Part shown: in pieces, positions 7,168-16,183 of the stretch | Position numbering within the stretch: position 1 is the first letter of the stretch | Layout: each line of letters begins with the position of its first letter | Source of the DNA: an uncultured bacterium | GTDB lineage: Bacteria; Schekmanbacteria; GWA2-38-11; J061 | Length of the DNA stretch: 18,512 nt | Assembly: GCA_964549305.1 (NCBI GenBank) | Contig: CAZJVM010000010.1 | Location: forward strand, 1 to 18,512 | Direction: 5' to 3' | Position numbers and translations under genes: made by a program | The notes under the pieces: model-generated | Databases searched by the model: none | What the model saw: only the letters and a program-made list of their open reading frames with translations | Told to the model about the DNA's origin: nothing

Positions 7168-9597
7168 ATGGCACAATACGAATTAGACCTTCGGGATTAT
7201 TGGCGAATTATAAGGAAGAGAAGGTTCATCATAGTTTCTATGACTTTGATTCTGGGCTTTCTCACATTTATTTTTTCCCTATTGCAAAGGCCTGTACCCC
7301 TCTATAAAGCTTATGCAAGCGTTAGAGTGGAAAGGGCGACAAGCTTGACGGGATTGCTTACTGAGGTCGTTTCGTGGTCCACGTGGGACGATATTGCCAC
7401 GCAGTCCGTTGTCATACAGAGTTATCCCATAATGGAAAAGGTTGCCATAAAGCTTGGCTATATGCCCGCGGATATTTCAAGCGAAGAAATAAAGAACAAT
7501 CCCGAATATGTTGAAATCATTTCAGACCTTCAGGACAGCATCGAAGCGGAGCAGGAAGAGGATACGAATATAATCAACATCTACGCTGAATCGGAAAACG
7601 CCGAAGACGCGATGCTCATAGCAAACACCGTTACGCAGGTTTATAAGGAGGAGAATCGCAAGGAACGCAATGCGCAGGTTACCGAAGCGCGAAAATTTAT
7701 CGAAGAACAGCTCAAGATAGTCGGGAAACAGCTTCGTGAATCGGAAGAGGAGTTGAAGGTTTCTCAGCAAAAAAGCGGAATTATGTCGGAAAACTCTCTT
7801 TATTACAACTCCCTGCTCAAAGACAAAAACTCCCTTAAAGAGGAATACCTGAAAATAGAAGAACAGATAGTGGAAGCGGAAAAGCAACTTTCCCTTCTTA
7901 AGAAAAGCGAGTCTATGGATAAGGATTACGGCAGAATATATACGCCCGATTACTATTCCCACGTTTACGAGCTTAACAGAGACCTTCTAAATCTGTTTCT
8001 CGAACGGGAAAAAATCGCTCAGCAGTACAATGCCGATTATCCTCCCTTGCAGGCGATTCATAAGAAAATTTCCGACCTTGTAAATGAAATAAGACAGCAG
8101 ATTCAAAAAAAGAAAGAAGTCCTCGAATTTAAAAAAGAGGATTTGCAGCAGCGTATAAAAAATGTGGACAAGGCGATTTACGAAAAACCCGATGAACTTC
8201 TTTCTATAGGGCGCGCCCAGAGCGAGGTTGAAATAAACAGAGAACTTTTCAGCCAGTTGCGGGCAAAATATCAGGAAGCCCTTATCAAGGAGGCGGAAAA
8301 AGTTGACGAAGTCTCAATCGTAAAACCCGCCTATGAAGAGCCGATGATTACAAACCCCTCGAGTGTTTCCCAGAAAACAATGGTGGGGCTTTTCGTGGGC
8401 CTTCTTCTCGGTTTTGTAATGGCGCTTGTCGTTGAAACACTCGATACGTCCATTGGCACGATTGATGACCTTGAGCAGTATCTGAATATTCCCGTTATGG
8501 GTGTGATTCCCGATGTTGCAAGCGATGAATTAATTTCCGAGATTCAGCAGTCGGGCACTGTGAAGGACAGCGATATCGAACCTGAAACAATCGACCTTTA
8601 TTCAAAACTGGTATCTCATTTTGCGCCATCTTCCGTGCTTTCGGAAAGCTACAGGGCGATGCGCACGAACATACAGTTTCTGCTCCTCGAGAAAAAATAC
8701 AAGGCTATAACGATAACGAGCGCGTCTTTGGGTGAGGGCAAAACATCCGTTGCAATAAATTTGGCGACAACTCTTGCCCAACTTGGTAAAAAAGTCCTTC
8801 TCGTCGAGGGCGACCTGAGAAAACCGCGCCTTCATAAAGTTTTCGGACTCGAGAAAGAACCGGGACTCACAGACATAATCATTGGTAACAACAAGTGGAA
8901 GGATACGGTGCGCACGGTCATCGATATGATGCTTGGTTCACTTCAGTTCGAACAGCTTTTTCAGACTCCGGGGCTCGACAATCTTTCCATAATTACCTGC
9001 GGAAACATACCGCCCAATCCCTCAGAGTTTCTGAACGCGCAGGGGATTGAAGAGTTGATCGGGGAGATGAAGGATTACTTCGACCTTGTCATAGTCGATG
9101 TGCCTCCGGTGCTTCCCGTAACCGATGCTGTAATTCTAGGCGCAAAAACCGATGCGGTGCTTTTGGTCTATCGCGCCGGCAAAATCGCCCGTTCGGGGTT
9201 AAAGAGGGCTAAAAATATACTTGAAAACGTAAAGGCCAATGTAATCGGAATTGTGCTCCTGGGGCTCAAACCCGATATAAATCCCGAATATTTCAAGTTC
9301 GGCTACAAGACTTATACGGAAGATTCCGGAGATTCCGCGGGCGAAGGATTTGTTTCATCCATAGGCAAATTCTTCTCCAAAATGGAGTCATACTTTACAA
9401 GGGAAAATATAACCAAACTTGTTCAATCCCTCGACAGACAGAAGGTTGTTAAAATAATTCTTTCGGCTTTGATAGTTTTGTCCATTGTCGCCGGAATACT
9501 CTGGCAGACGGGAGGTTGCCAGGATAAGGAAAAAACTAAAAGGAAAACCAAGACTGCAATCACACTTTCCGATAATTACGGCAAAAAATTGCAGTAA
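7168..9597 (+). CDS. wzc: Polysaccharide co-polymerase / BY-kinase (Wzc/GumC family) with extra C-terminal TM
   Basis: ELDLRDYWRIIRKRR then TM1, periplasmic coiled coil and TM2 (GLFVGLLLG); ESYRAMRTN; Walker A SASLGEGKTS; A' VEGDLRKP; Walker B IVDVPPVL; Tyr cluster YFKFGYKTY. Confidence 0.92.
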   Translation: MAQYELDLRDYWRIIRKRRFIIVSMTLILGFLTFIFSLLQRPVPLYKAYASVRVERATSLTGLLTEVVSWSTWDDIATQSVVIQSYPIMEKVAIKLGYMPADISSEEIKNNPEYVEIISDLQDSIEAEQEEDTNIINIYAESENAEDAMLIANTVTQVYKEENRKERNAQVTEARKFIEEQLKIVGKQLRESEEELKVSQQKSGIMSENSLYYNSLLKDKNSLKEEYLKIEEQIVEAEKQLSLLKKSESMDKDYGRIYTPDYYSHVYELNRDLLNLFLEREKIAQQYNADYPPLQAIHKKISDLVNEIRQQIQKKKEVLEFKKEDLQQRIKNVDKAIYEKPDELLSIGRAQSEVEINRELFSQLRAKYQEALIKEAEKVDEVSIVKPAYEEPMITNPSSVSQKTMVGLFVGLLLGFVMALVVETLDTSIGTIDDLEQYLNIPVMGVIPDVASDELISEIQQSGTVKDSDIEPETIDLYSKLVSHFAPSSVLSESYRAMRTNIQFLLLEKKYKAITITSASLGEGKTSVAINLATTLAQLGKKVLLVEGDLRKPRLHKVFGLEKEPGLTDIIIGNNKWKDTVRTVIDMMLGSLQFEQLFQTPGLDNLSIITCGNIPPNPSEFLNAQGIEELIGEMKDYFDLVIVDVPPVLPVTDAVILGAKTDAVLLVYRAGKIARSGLKRAKNILENVKANVIGIVLLGLKPDINPEYFKFGYKTYTEDSGDSAGEGFVSSIGKFFSKMESYFTRENITKLVQSLDRQKVVKIILSALIVLSIVAGILWQTGGCQDKEKTKRKTKTAITLSDNYGKKLQ

Positions 9598-9608
9598 ATC
9601 CTCTATTC

Positions 9609-11000
9609 TTGATTATGAACCGTTTGTTAGCCGGCAGTAATATATACTTGCCTTTGTTTTTTCTCTTTGCCGTATTTGTATCCCTTCTCATTGTTTTTCT
9701 TCAACCCAACCAGTCCCTGATCATAGCCGCGGCGTTTCTCATTATCGTAATCTCCTTTGTAAGCAATGAAATAGCAATTCTTCTCGTAATATTTTCTATG
9801 CTTCTTTCTCCGGAAATAAATGTGAGCACGCTCGGTACGGGAGATGTTGAACTGGGAAGGCAGATCGTAATCAGATTCGATGATATTCTTCTGCTTCTTC
9901 TCGGATTGTCGTGGTTCACGAAAACAGCAATCTATAAGGAAACAGGGCTAATAGCGAGGACTCCGCTCAACAGACCTATATTTTATTATGCCGGAATCTG
10001 CTTTGCATCCACAGTGATCGGCTCTCTGAGAGGCGACGTGCAGTTCTCATCGGGATTCTTCTATGTGCTCAAATATTTTGAATATTACGTCCTCTACTTC
10101 ATTGTCGTGAACAATATAGACACAATGCGCGACATAAAGAGAGTGCTTTACGCAATGTATGCAACAAGTGTGGTTATATGCATCTACGGGCTTTATCAGA
10201 TACCGGGTGGAAAACGAATATCCGCGCCCTTTGAAGGCGAAACGGGTGAACCGAACACCCTCGGGGGGTACCTTCTTATTATATTTTTTCTTTCCGTTGG
10301 AATATTTCTCTATTCGAGAAGAAGGCGCGAGAAGGCGCTGGCACTCATTCTTGCCGGAATTGTCATCCTGCCCTTCTTTTACACTCTTTCAAGGAGTTCC
10401 TATCTGGCATTCGTCCCGGCGGCGCTTTTGATATTGTTCAATATGAGGAAGCGCGTTGCAGTTATTGCCGTTTCCCTTTTTTTGATAATCATTCTGCCCT
10501 TCTTCATTCCGAAACCGGTAGTTGAAAGGGTTGAATACACCTTCGGACAGGCGCCTCAGGCAAAACAGCTCAAAGTAGCGGGATTTAAAATCGACACATC
10601 CACTTCGGAAAGAATCAACGGGTGGATTGAAAGCGGAACGGACTTTTTGAATCACCCAATTTCAGGTTACGGCATTACCGGCTATAAATTCCGCGATTCG
10701 CAGTATGTAAGAGTCCTTATGGAAACAGGATTGCTGGGACTAATAGCTTTCGCGTTTCTGATAATGAATCTTTACCGGGAATCTCTGAGGATTTACAGAA
10801 AATTGCCGAAATGCTGGTGCAAGGGGTTTCTTGTAGGATATATGGCGACGATTACCGCTCTTGTCTTTCACTCGATCGGGACCAATACATTTATTATCAT
10901 CAGAATAATGGAACCTTTCTGGCTTGTAACGGGCGTGGTAATGAAGATAGGACAGATTAACGAGTCGGAAGGATTGCCCGGTGATGAATCATTCATTTAG
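9609..11000 (+). CDS. Wzy-type polymerase / O-antigen-ligase-family (Wzy_C) polytopic membrane protein
   Basis: Multiple hydrophobic helices with EPNTLGGYL, TLSRSSYL, SERINGW, PISGYG and YVRVLMETGLLG motifs; located directly after wzc. The start may instead be the ATG at 9615. Confidence 0.82.
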   Translation: MIMNRLLAGSNIYLPLFFLFAVFVSLLIVFLQPNQSLIIAAAFLIIVISFVSNEIAILLVIFSMLLSPEINVSTLGTGDVELGRQIVIRFDDILLLLLGLSWFTKTAIYKETGLIARTPLNRPIFYYAGICFASTVIGSLRGDVQFSSGFFYVLKYFEYYVLYFIVVNNIDTMRDIKRVLYAMYATSVVICIYGLYQIPGGKRISAPFEGETGEPNTLGGYLLIIFFLSVGIFLYSRRRREKALALILAGIVILPFFYTLSRSSYLAFVPAALLILFNMRKRVAVIAVSLFLIIILPFFIPKPVVERVEYTFGQAPQAKQLKVAGFKIDTSTSERINGWIESGTDFLNHPISGYGITGYKFRDSQYVRVLMETGLLGLIAFAFLIMNLYRESLRIYRKLPKCWCKGFLVGYMATITALVFHSIGTNTFIIIRIMEPFWLVTGVVMKIGQINESEGLPGDESFI

Positions 11001-11028
11001 CTCCGAACTCTTTTAAAAAGATAAAAAT

Positions 11029-12252
11029 ATGAACATTCTTATGGTCTCTGACATCTTTATGCCTTCATCGAAGGATAAACTCGGTGAACTTTCCTTAAGT
11101 GGCGCTGAGCGAGTCCTTCTGGAAGAGTCCCGTGCTCTTTCAGGGAAGGGGAACAGGGTATATATGATTTCAAGGAGAATGGAGAAGGAGGGGACGTCTT
11201 ACGTCTTTGAAGGTATCGATGTTAACACTTTTTACGCAATACCTTCTTTGAAACCGGGCTTTCTCGTGAATTCTCTTAAGAGTCCGAGAACGCTGTTTTC
11301 GGCAATAAATGACAGGATAGACATCATTAATTATCATCAGCCATTTTCGGCGTATTCCCTAAACTCCTTCGGGAAATCGTCGGCAATTCCTTCAGTCTAT
11401 ACGTGCCACTCTCTCGGGCATGAGGAGTATGCGACGAGATGTGCCGTGGAAAAGGGCAATTTCTCCTTTGCCGATTACTCCCTCGTGATTCCCGCAATGA
11501 AATATATAGAAAAATTTAATTTCAAAAAATCCCGCCGCATAAGAGTGTTAAGCGAATATACCTCCCGGAGACTGAGGCGTTTTTGCCCCGTGCCTGAATC
11601 GAAGATAAATGTAATTCCCGGAGGAGTTGATAAAAAAAAATTTATTCTTCATTCCGGTACAAGTCTTCTAAAAAAACGTCTCGCCATTCCCGAAGGCAAA
11701 ATAATTTTTTCAACACTGAGGAATATGGAACCGAGAATGGGGCTTGAAAATCTCATTGAGGCGGCGGAAATTGTCCGTAAGCGCGACGATTCGGCAATTT
11801 TTGTAATAGGAGGAAGCGGACCCCTTAAAACGAAACTTGTAAACGCAGTGCAGTCAAAAGGGCTTTCATCGTCTGTATATTTTACCGGCTATCTCGATGA
11901 GAAGGATTTGCCGGCATTCTATTCTTTGTCCGATTTTTTTATTCTTCCAACAATCGAGCAGGAGGGATTCGGTCTTGTCACCGTTGAGTCACTTGCCTGC
12001 GGTACACCCGTGCTCGGCACACCCGTTGCGGCAACACCTGAAATTCTTTCAGACGTTGAAAAGGAATTGATTTTTACTTCGGTTTCCCCCGAAGCGATGG
12101 CAGACGGTATTTTGAAGTGGATTGGCATCTTTCGGAACAAAAAAGACTTTTACGGGCAAACCTCTCTCAGAGGCAAAAACGTTGTCGATGAACAATACAC
12201 CTGGGAAAGGTCAGCCGACAAACTCATAGAACTTTATGAGTCGATACTATGA
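11029..12252 (+). CDS. Glycosyltransferase family 4 (GT-B fold)
   Basis: MNILMV...SGAERV N-terminus, VIPGGVD, and EX7E motif EGFGLVTVESLACGTPV. Confidence 0.92.
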   Translation: MNILMVSDIFMPSSKDKLGELSLSGAERVLLEESRALSGKGNRVYMISRRMEKEGTSYVFEGIDVNTFYAIPSLKPGFLVNSLKSPRTLFSAINDRIDIINYHQPFSAYSLNSFGKSSAIPSVYTCHSLGHEEYATRCAVEKGNFSFADYSLVIPAMKYIEKFNFKKSRRIRVLSEYTSRRLRRFCPVPESKINVIPGGVDKKKFILHSGTSLLKKRLAIPEGKIIFSTLRNMEPRMGLENLIEAAEIVRKRDDSAIFVIGGSGPLKTKLVNAVQSKGLSSSVYFTGYLDEKDLPAFYSLSDFFILPTIEQEGFGLVTVESLACGTPVLGTPVAATPEILSDVEKELIFTSVSPEAMADGILKWIGIFRNKKDFYGQTSLRGKNVVDEQYTWERSADKLIELYESIL

Positions 12253-13421
12253 GAAAAATAAGGGTAGTGCATATCATTACGAGACTTGACAGGGGAGGGT
12301 CGTCGGAAAACACACTTCTTTCCCTTCTCGGGCTTGACAGGAACAAATACGAATGCGCTCTTTTGTACGGACTGACAAAGGATCCCGATAAAAAATATTT
12401 TGCTTCGGCAAAATCGGCAACGGAAGTTTTTCTATGCATTGAAGACCTTGTGAGGGAAATAAGCCCTTTTAAGGATTTGAAGGCTTTTTTCAAAATATTC
12501 ACTTTTCTCAGGCGCGGACATTTTGACATAGTGCATACTCACAGCTCGAAGGGGGGAATCCTCGGGCGATGGGCGGCGTGGTTTGCAGGCGCGCCTGTAA
12601 TTGTCCATACGCCTCACGGTCACGTTTTTTACGGCTATTACGGGAAACTACTTTCAAATGCTTTTGTCTTCGCGGAGAAGGTGTCGTCGCTCATAACCGA
12701 CAGAATTGTAAGTTTAACGCAGAGGGGAAAGAATGAACACATCTCATTTGGAGTGGGGAGTGAAAAGAAAATATCGGTAATTCACAGTGGTGTGGATGTT
12801 GATTTTATAAGGAATTTCGACTCAGATGAAAAAGGACTTCACAGAAAAAAACTGGGAATTCCCCACTCAGCGCTTGTAGTCGGCTCAATGGGAAGATTTA
12901 CAAAGATAAAGGGTTATGAATATTTCGTAGAGGCGGCAGATATTTTGTCAGCGCAAAAGAAGGATAATATATATTTTCTTCTTGCCGGAGAGGGCGAACT
13001 TGGGGAAAAGCTCAAAAGCGAAGTTCGGGAAAAAAAGCTTGAAGACAGATTCTTCTTTCTTCCCTGGCAGGAGGACGCGAGGGTCTTTCTCCGCTCGCTG
13101 GACATCTTTGTCCTTACTTCCCTGAACGAGGGAATGGGCAAGGTAGTCATAGAGGCAATGTCGGCGGGACTTCCCGTTATAGGTACTGATGTGGGCGGAG
13201 TGCGCGAAATTGTGGAAGATGAAGTTACGGGATATGTGGTGCCTGCGGGAGACGGGCGTGCCGTGGCGAGAAAGATTGACGAGTTATGCGATAAAAGGGA
13301 TTTGCTGAAAGAAATGGGGAAGAGAGGATACAGGCGCGCGGAAAAATTCAGCATTGCCTCAATGGTGTCAAAAATCGATAATCTTTACGAAGTACTTTTA
13401 AGGGAAAAGGATATACGGTGA
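12249..13421 (+). CDS. Glycosyltransferase family 4 (GT-B fold)
   Basis: VVHIITRLDRGGS, DIVHTHSSKGG, VHTPHG and EGMGKVVIEAMSAGLPV motifs; ATGA overlap with the upstream gene. Confidence 0.93.
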   Translation: MRKIRVVHIITRLDRGGSSENTLLSLLGLDRNKYECALLYGLTKDPDKKYFASAKSATEVFLCIEDLVREISPFKDLKAFFKIFTFLRRGHFDIVHTHSSKGGILGRWAAWFAGAPVIVHTPHGHVFYGYYGKLLSNAFVFAEKVSSLITDRIVSLTQRGKNEHISFGVGSEKKISVIHSGVDVDFIRNFDSDEKGLHRKKLGIPHSALVVGSMGRFTKIKGYEYFVEAADILSAQKKDNIYFLLAGEGELGEKLKSEVREKKLEDRFFFLPWQEDARVFLRSLDIFVLTSLNEGMGKVVIEAMSAGLPVIGTDVGGVREIVEDEVTGYVVPAGDGRAVARKIDELCDKRDLLKEMGKRGYRRAEKFSIASMVSKIDNLYEVLLREKDIR

Positions 13422-14860
13422 TATCAGGGACTTTAAAAGATAGATTTCTCACTGCTGCGATTTTCTGTATTTTCGCCTTGTTGAATTGCGGCTATGTATG
13501 GGCAGTTGAAAAAGTGGCGCTCATTCATCTTCATTCCGACTTTTCTACGGGAAGTGATACGATTGCCGGGGTTTCGGAAAAGGCGCGCCAAAGCGGTGCC
13601 GAAGTAATGTTTATGACAGACCATGATGTAATAGGGGTGGAATACGGCATTCCGCCTTTTCGAAACATTTTCAAAAAAGGATACGAGCTTCAAAGTGTTA
13701 CTGAAAGAGGCGCGTCGGCATATCTTCGGGAATGCGGGAAACTCTCCGATGAAGACAACGGAATAACAGTAATTCCCGGCACCGAATCCACTGCTCATTA
13801 TTTTTGGACGGGAAGCTTTTTTAATGGCAATCTCACTGCAAATAACTGGCAGAAGCATATACTCATTCTCGGATATCACAACGCGGACGAAATAGATAAT
13901 CTTCCCGTAATCCATAACGGATTTTCATCGCGGTATTTTACGGCATTTTTACCACGCGCTCTAATCTTTGCCGCGGCATTGTTTTTTTCGTTTCTCCTTT
14001 ACGGCAGAGGAGGCAGGGTGATTAAAATTTTTTCGGCGACAACAGCGGTTTTGTCGCTTCTTTTCATCATAAATTACAACCCCTTCAAAAGCGCGCGTTT
14101 TTCTCAGTACGATACCAATGCTGGCACAGCGCCCTATCAGGAGTTAATTGATTATGCCAACGAAAATAACCTTGTCACAATTTGGGCGCATCCCGAATCA
14201 TACAGAGAAAAAGAGATTGAGGGCGTGAAGATGATAACCCCAGGTTATGCCGACGACCTTCTTAATACGGACGGATATACGGCATTTGAGGGGTTATACC
14301 GCGATACTTCCGAAATGATAAATCCGGGCAGGCAGTGGGATATCCTCCTTAACGAATTTTTGGATGGAATGAGAAGCGCGCCTGTCTGGACTGTGGGAGG
14401 AATCGATTATCACGGCGACGAAGGGGAAGATATCGGCGAAGTGGAAACTGCCCTTCTCATTGACTCATCTACGCGGGAAAACGCCCTTGACGCCCTTCGG
14501 AGAGGGCGCTGTTACGCGAGAAGAAAAAGCGCCTCTGCCGACATTGTTATTGAAGCATTTTCTCTGAAAGACGGCACAAGTGATAATCGCGCCCGGTCGG
14601 GAGAAAATATTTCAATTGAAGGCGAAGCGCAGTTGAAAATAAAACTTGCGGAAAAGTCCGGAAAAAAGATTGACTGCAGATTAAAAATAGTGAAAAGCGG
14701 AGACCTGTTCACGGAAAAAGATATTTCGCTTCCCTGTGAAGAGATATTTCCCTTTGCCATAAAAGACGGTGAAAAGGGATATTTCAGGATAATGGTTGAA
14801 AGCGATGATGGAGGCAGGGCGCTTTCAAATCCCGTTTTTTTCAATGCGCCCCTTAACTGA
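13418..14860 (+). CDS. Exported PHP-superfamily (CehA/McbA-like) metallohydrolase with an internal two-helix membrane hairpin
   Basis: Signal-peptide-like N-terminus ending VWA. PHP metal motifs HLHSDFS, TDHD, PGTE, HIL, WAHP and GGIDYH; C-terminal YFRI...RALSNPVF. GTGA overlap with the upstream gene. Confidence 0.75.
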   Translation: MISGTLKDRFLTAAIFCIFALLNCGYVWAVEKVALIHLHSDFSTGSDTIAGVSEKARQSGAEVMFMTDHDVIGVEYGIPPFRNIFKKGYELQSVTERGASAYLRECGKLSDEDNGITVIPGTESTAHYFWTGSFFNGNLTANNWQKHILILGYHNADEIDNLPVIHNGFSSRYFTAFLPRALIFAAALFFSFLLYGRGGRVIKIFSATTAVLSLLFIINYNPFKSARFSQYDTNAGTAPYQELIDYANENNLVTIWAHPESYREKEIEGVKMITPGYADDLLNTDGYTAFEGLYRDTSEMINPGRQWDILLNEFLDGMRSAPVWTVGGIDYHGDEGEDIGEVETALLIDSSTRENALDALRRGRCYARRKSASADIVIEAFSLKDGTSDNRARSGENISIEGEAQLKIKLAEKSGKKIDCRLKIVKSGDLFTEKDISLPCEEIFPFAIKDGEKGYFRIMVESDDGGRALSNPVFFNAPLN

Positions 14861-14875
14861 CGAGGATATTCGTTT

Positions 14876-15562
14876 ATGATAGTTTCCGTGCATCAACCGC
14901 AGTATCTGCCTTGGCTTGGCTACTTTGACAAAATGGACAGATGTGACTGTTTCGTTTTTCTCGACAGCGTGCAGTACAAAAAAAACGAGTGGCAAAACCG
15001 CAACCGGATTAAGGGCGCCGATACGTCCATTTGGCTCACAGTGCCGGTCAATTACAGATTTCCGCAGAGGATTGATGAGGTGGCAATTGACAAAAGAAAA
15101 GGATGGCAGAGGAAACATATCAATTCCTTGGAGATTAATTATTCTTCTGCCCCTTATTTCAGCCGTTATTTCCCTCAAATTAAAAAAATCATAGAATCGG
15201 AATTTATTTACCTGAAAGATTTAAATATTGCGCTTATAATGGAAATTATGTCAATTTTAGGTATGGAGAAAAAAACCGCTATATCTTCCGGACTCGGGGA
15301 GTTACCTGAAGACCCTGATGAACGGCTGATTTCAATATGCGCGCATTTCGGCGCGGACACATATATAGCGGGCGCGGGAGGCAGAAACTATATGAACCTT
15401 GAAAAATATGAAGAAGCGGGGATAAAGGTTATTTTTCAGGAATATGAGCATCCCGTCTATCGCCAGCAGTACAGAGGTTTTTTGTCTCATCTGTCAGTTG
15501 TTGATCTTCTTTTTAACTGTGGTCCAGAAAGTCTGTCTATTATTAAGGGGGAGAATTTATGA
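14876..15562 (+). CDS. WbqC-like family protein
   Basis: HQPQYLPWLGYFDKM..DCFVFLDSVQY..NEWQNRNRIK..WLTVPV, YSSAPYF, GAGGRNY and LSVVDLLFNCG motifs; GAGG RBS. Confidence 0.9.
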   Translation: MIVSVHQPQYLPWLGYFDKMDRCDCFVFLDSVQYKKNEWQNRNRIKGADTSIWLTVPVNYRFPQRIDEVAIDKRKGWQRKHINSLEINYSSAPYFSRYFPQIKKIIESEFIYLKDLNIALIMEIMSILGMEKKTAISSGLGELPEDPDERLISICAHFGADTYIAGAGGRNYMNLEKYEEAGIKVIFQEYEHPVYRQQYRGFLSHLSVVDLLFNCGPESLSIIKGENL

Positions 15563-16179
15563 AGATACTTGCCATTGGCTCCCATCCCGACGACATAGAA
15601 GTGGGGTGCGGAGGAACCCTCAAAAAATATGCCCAAAAGGGCGACGAGGTTTATCTTCTCGTGATGACAAAAGGTGAAAGGGGAGGCGACCCCGATACAA
15701 GAAGCGCCGAGCAGGAAAAAGCGGCTGAACTCATAGGAGCGAAGAAAGTTATCTGGGGAGGTTTGGAGGACACGAAGATAACTTCCCGGCTTGAAACCAT
15801 TCAAGCCCTCGAGGCAATCATAATGGATGTAAATCCCGTATTCATATTCACTCATTTTAACGACGACACCCATCAGGACCACAGGCATCTCAGCAACTCC
15901 GTAATATCCGCCGCACGCTACGTGAAGAATGTTTTATTCTATGAGGGTCCCACTACGCAGAATTTCACTCCTTCAGTATTCAGCGACATAAGCGGCATTC
16001 TCGATGATAAGGTTGCCATTGTCAATGCCCACGAATCGCAGGTGCTCGAGACTAATATTGCGGGAATATCCATTGAAGACATCGTACTCTCGACTACTAA
16101 TTTCAGGGGCACGCAGGGGCGCGTGAAATACGCCGAGGCATTTGTCCCCCTGAGGGTATTCATAAACATAAACGAATGA
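15559..16179 (+). CDS. PIG-L/LmbE-family Zn-dependent N-deacetylase
   Basis: ILAIGSHPDDIEVGCGGT, R..EQ..AA..IG, DTHQDH, HESQ and YAEAF motifs; ATGA overlap with the WbqC-like gene. Confidence 0.92.
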   Translation: MKILAIGSHPDDIEVGCGGTLKKYAQKGDEVYLLVMTKGERGGDPDTRSAEQEKAAELIGAKKVIWGGLEDTKITSRLETIQALEAIIMDVNPVFIFTHFNDDTHQDHRHLSNSVISAARYVKNVLFYEGPTTQNFTPSVFSDISGILDDKVAIVNAHESQVLETNIAGISIEDIVLSTTNFRGTQGRVKYAEAFVPLRVFININE

Positions 16180-16183
16180 ACTT

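Noticed and set aside
13418-14860. Calling the PHP gene a CpsB/YwqE tyrosine phosphatase
   Set aside because: The signal peptide, TM hairpin, length and C-terminal domain do not fit soluble cytoplasmic CpsB.
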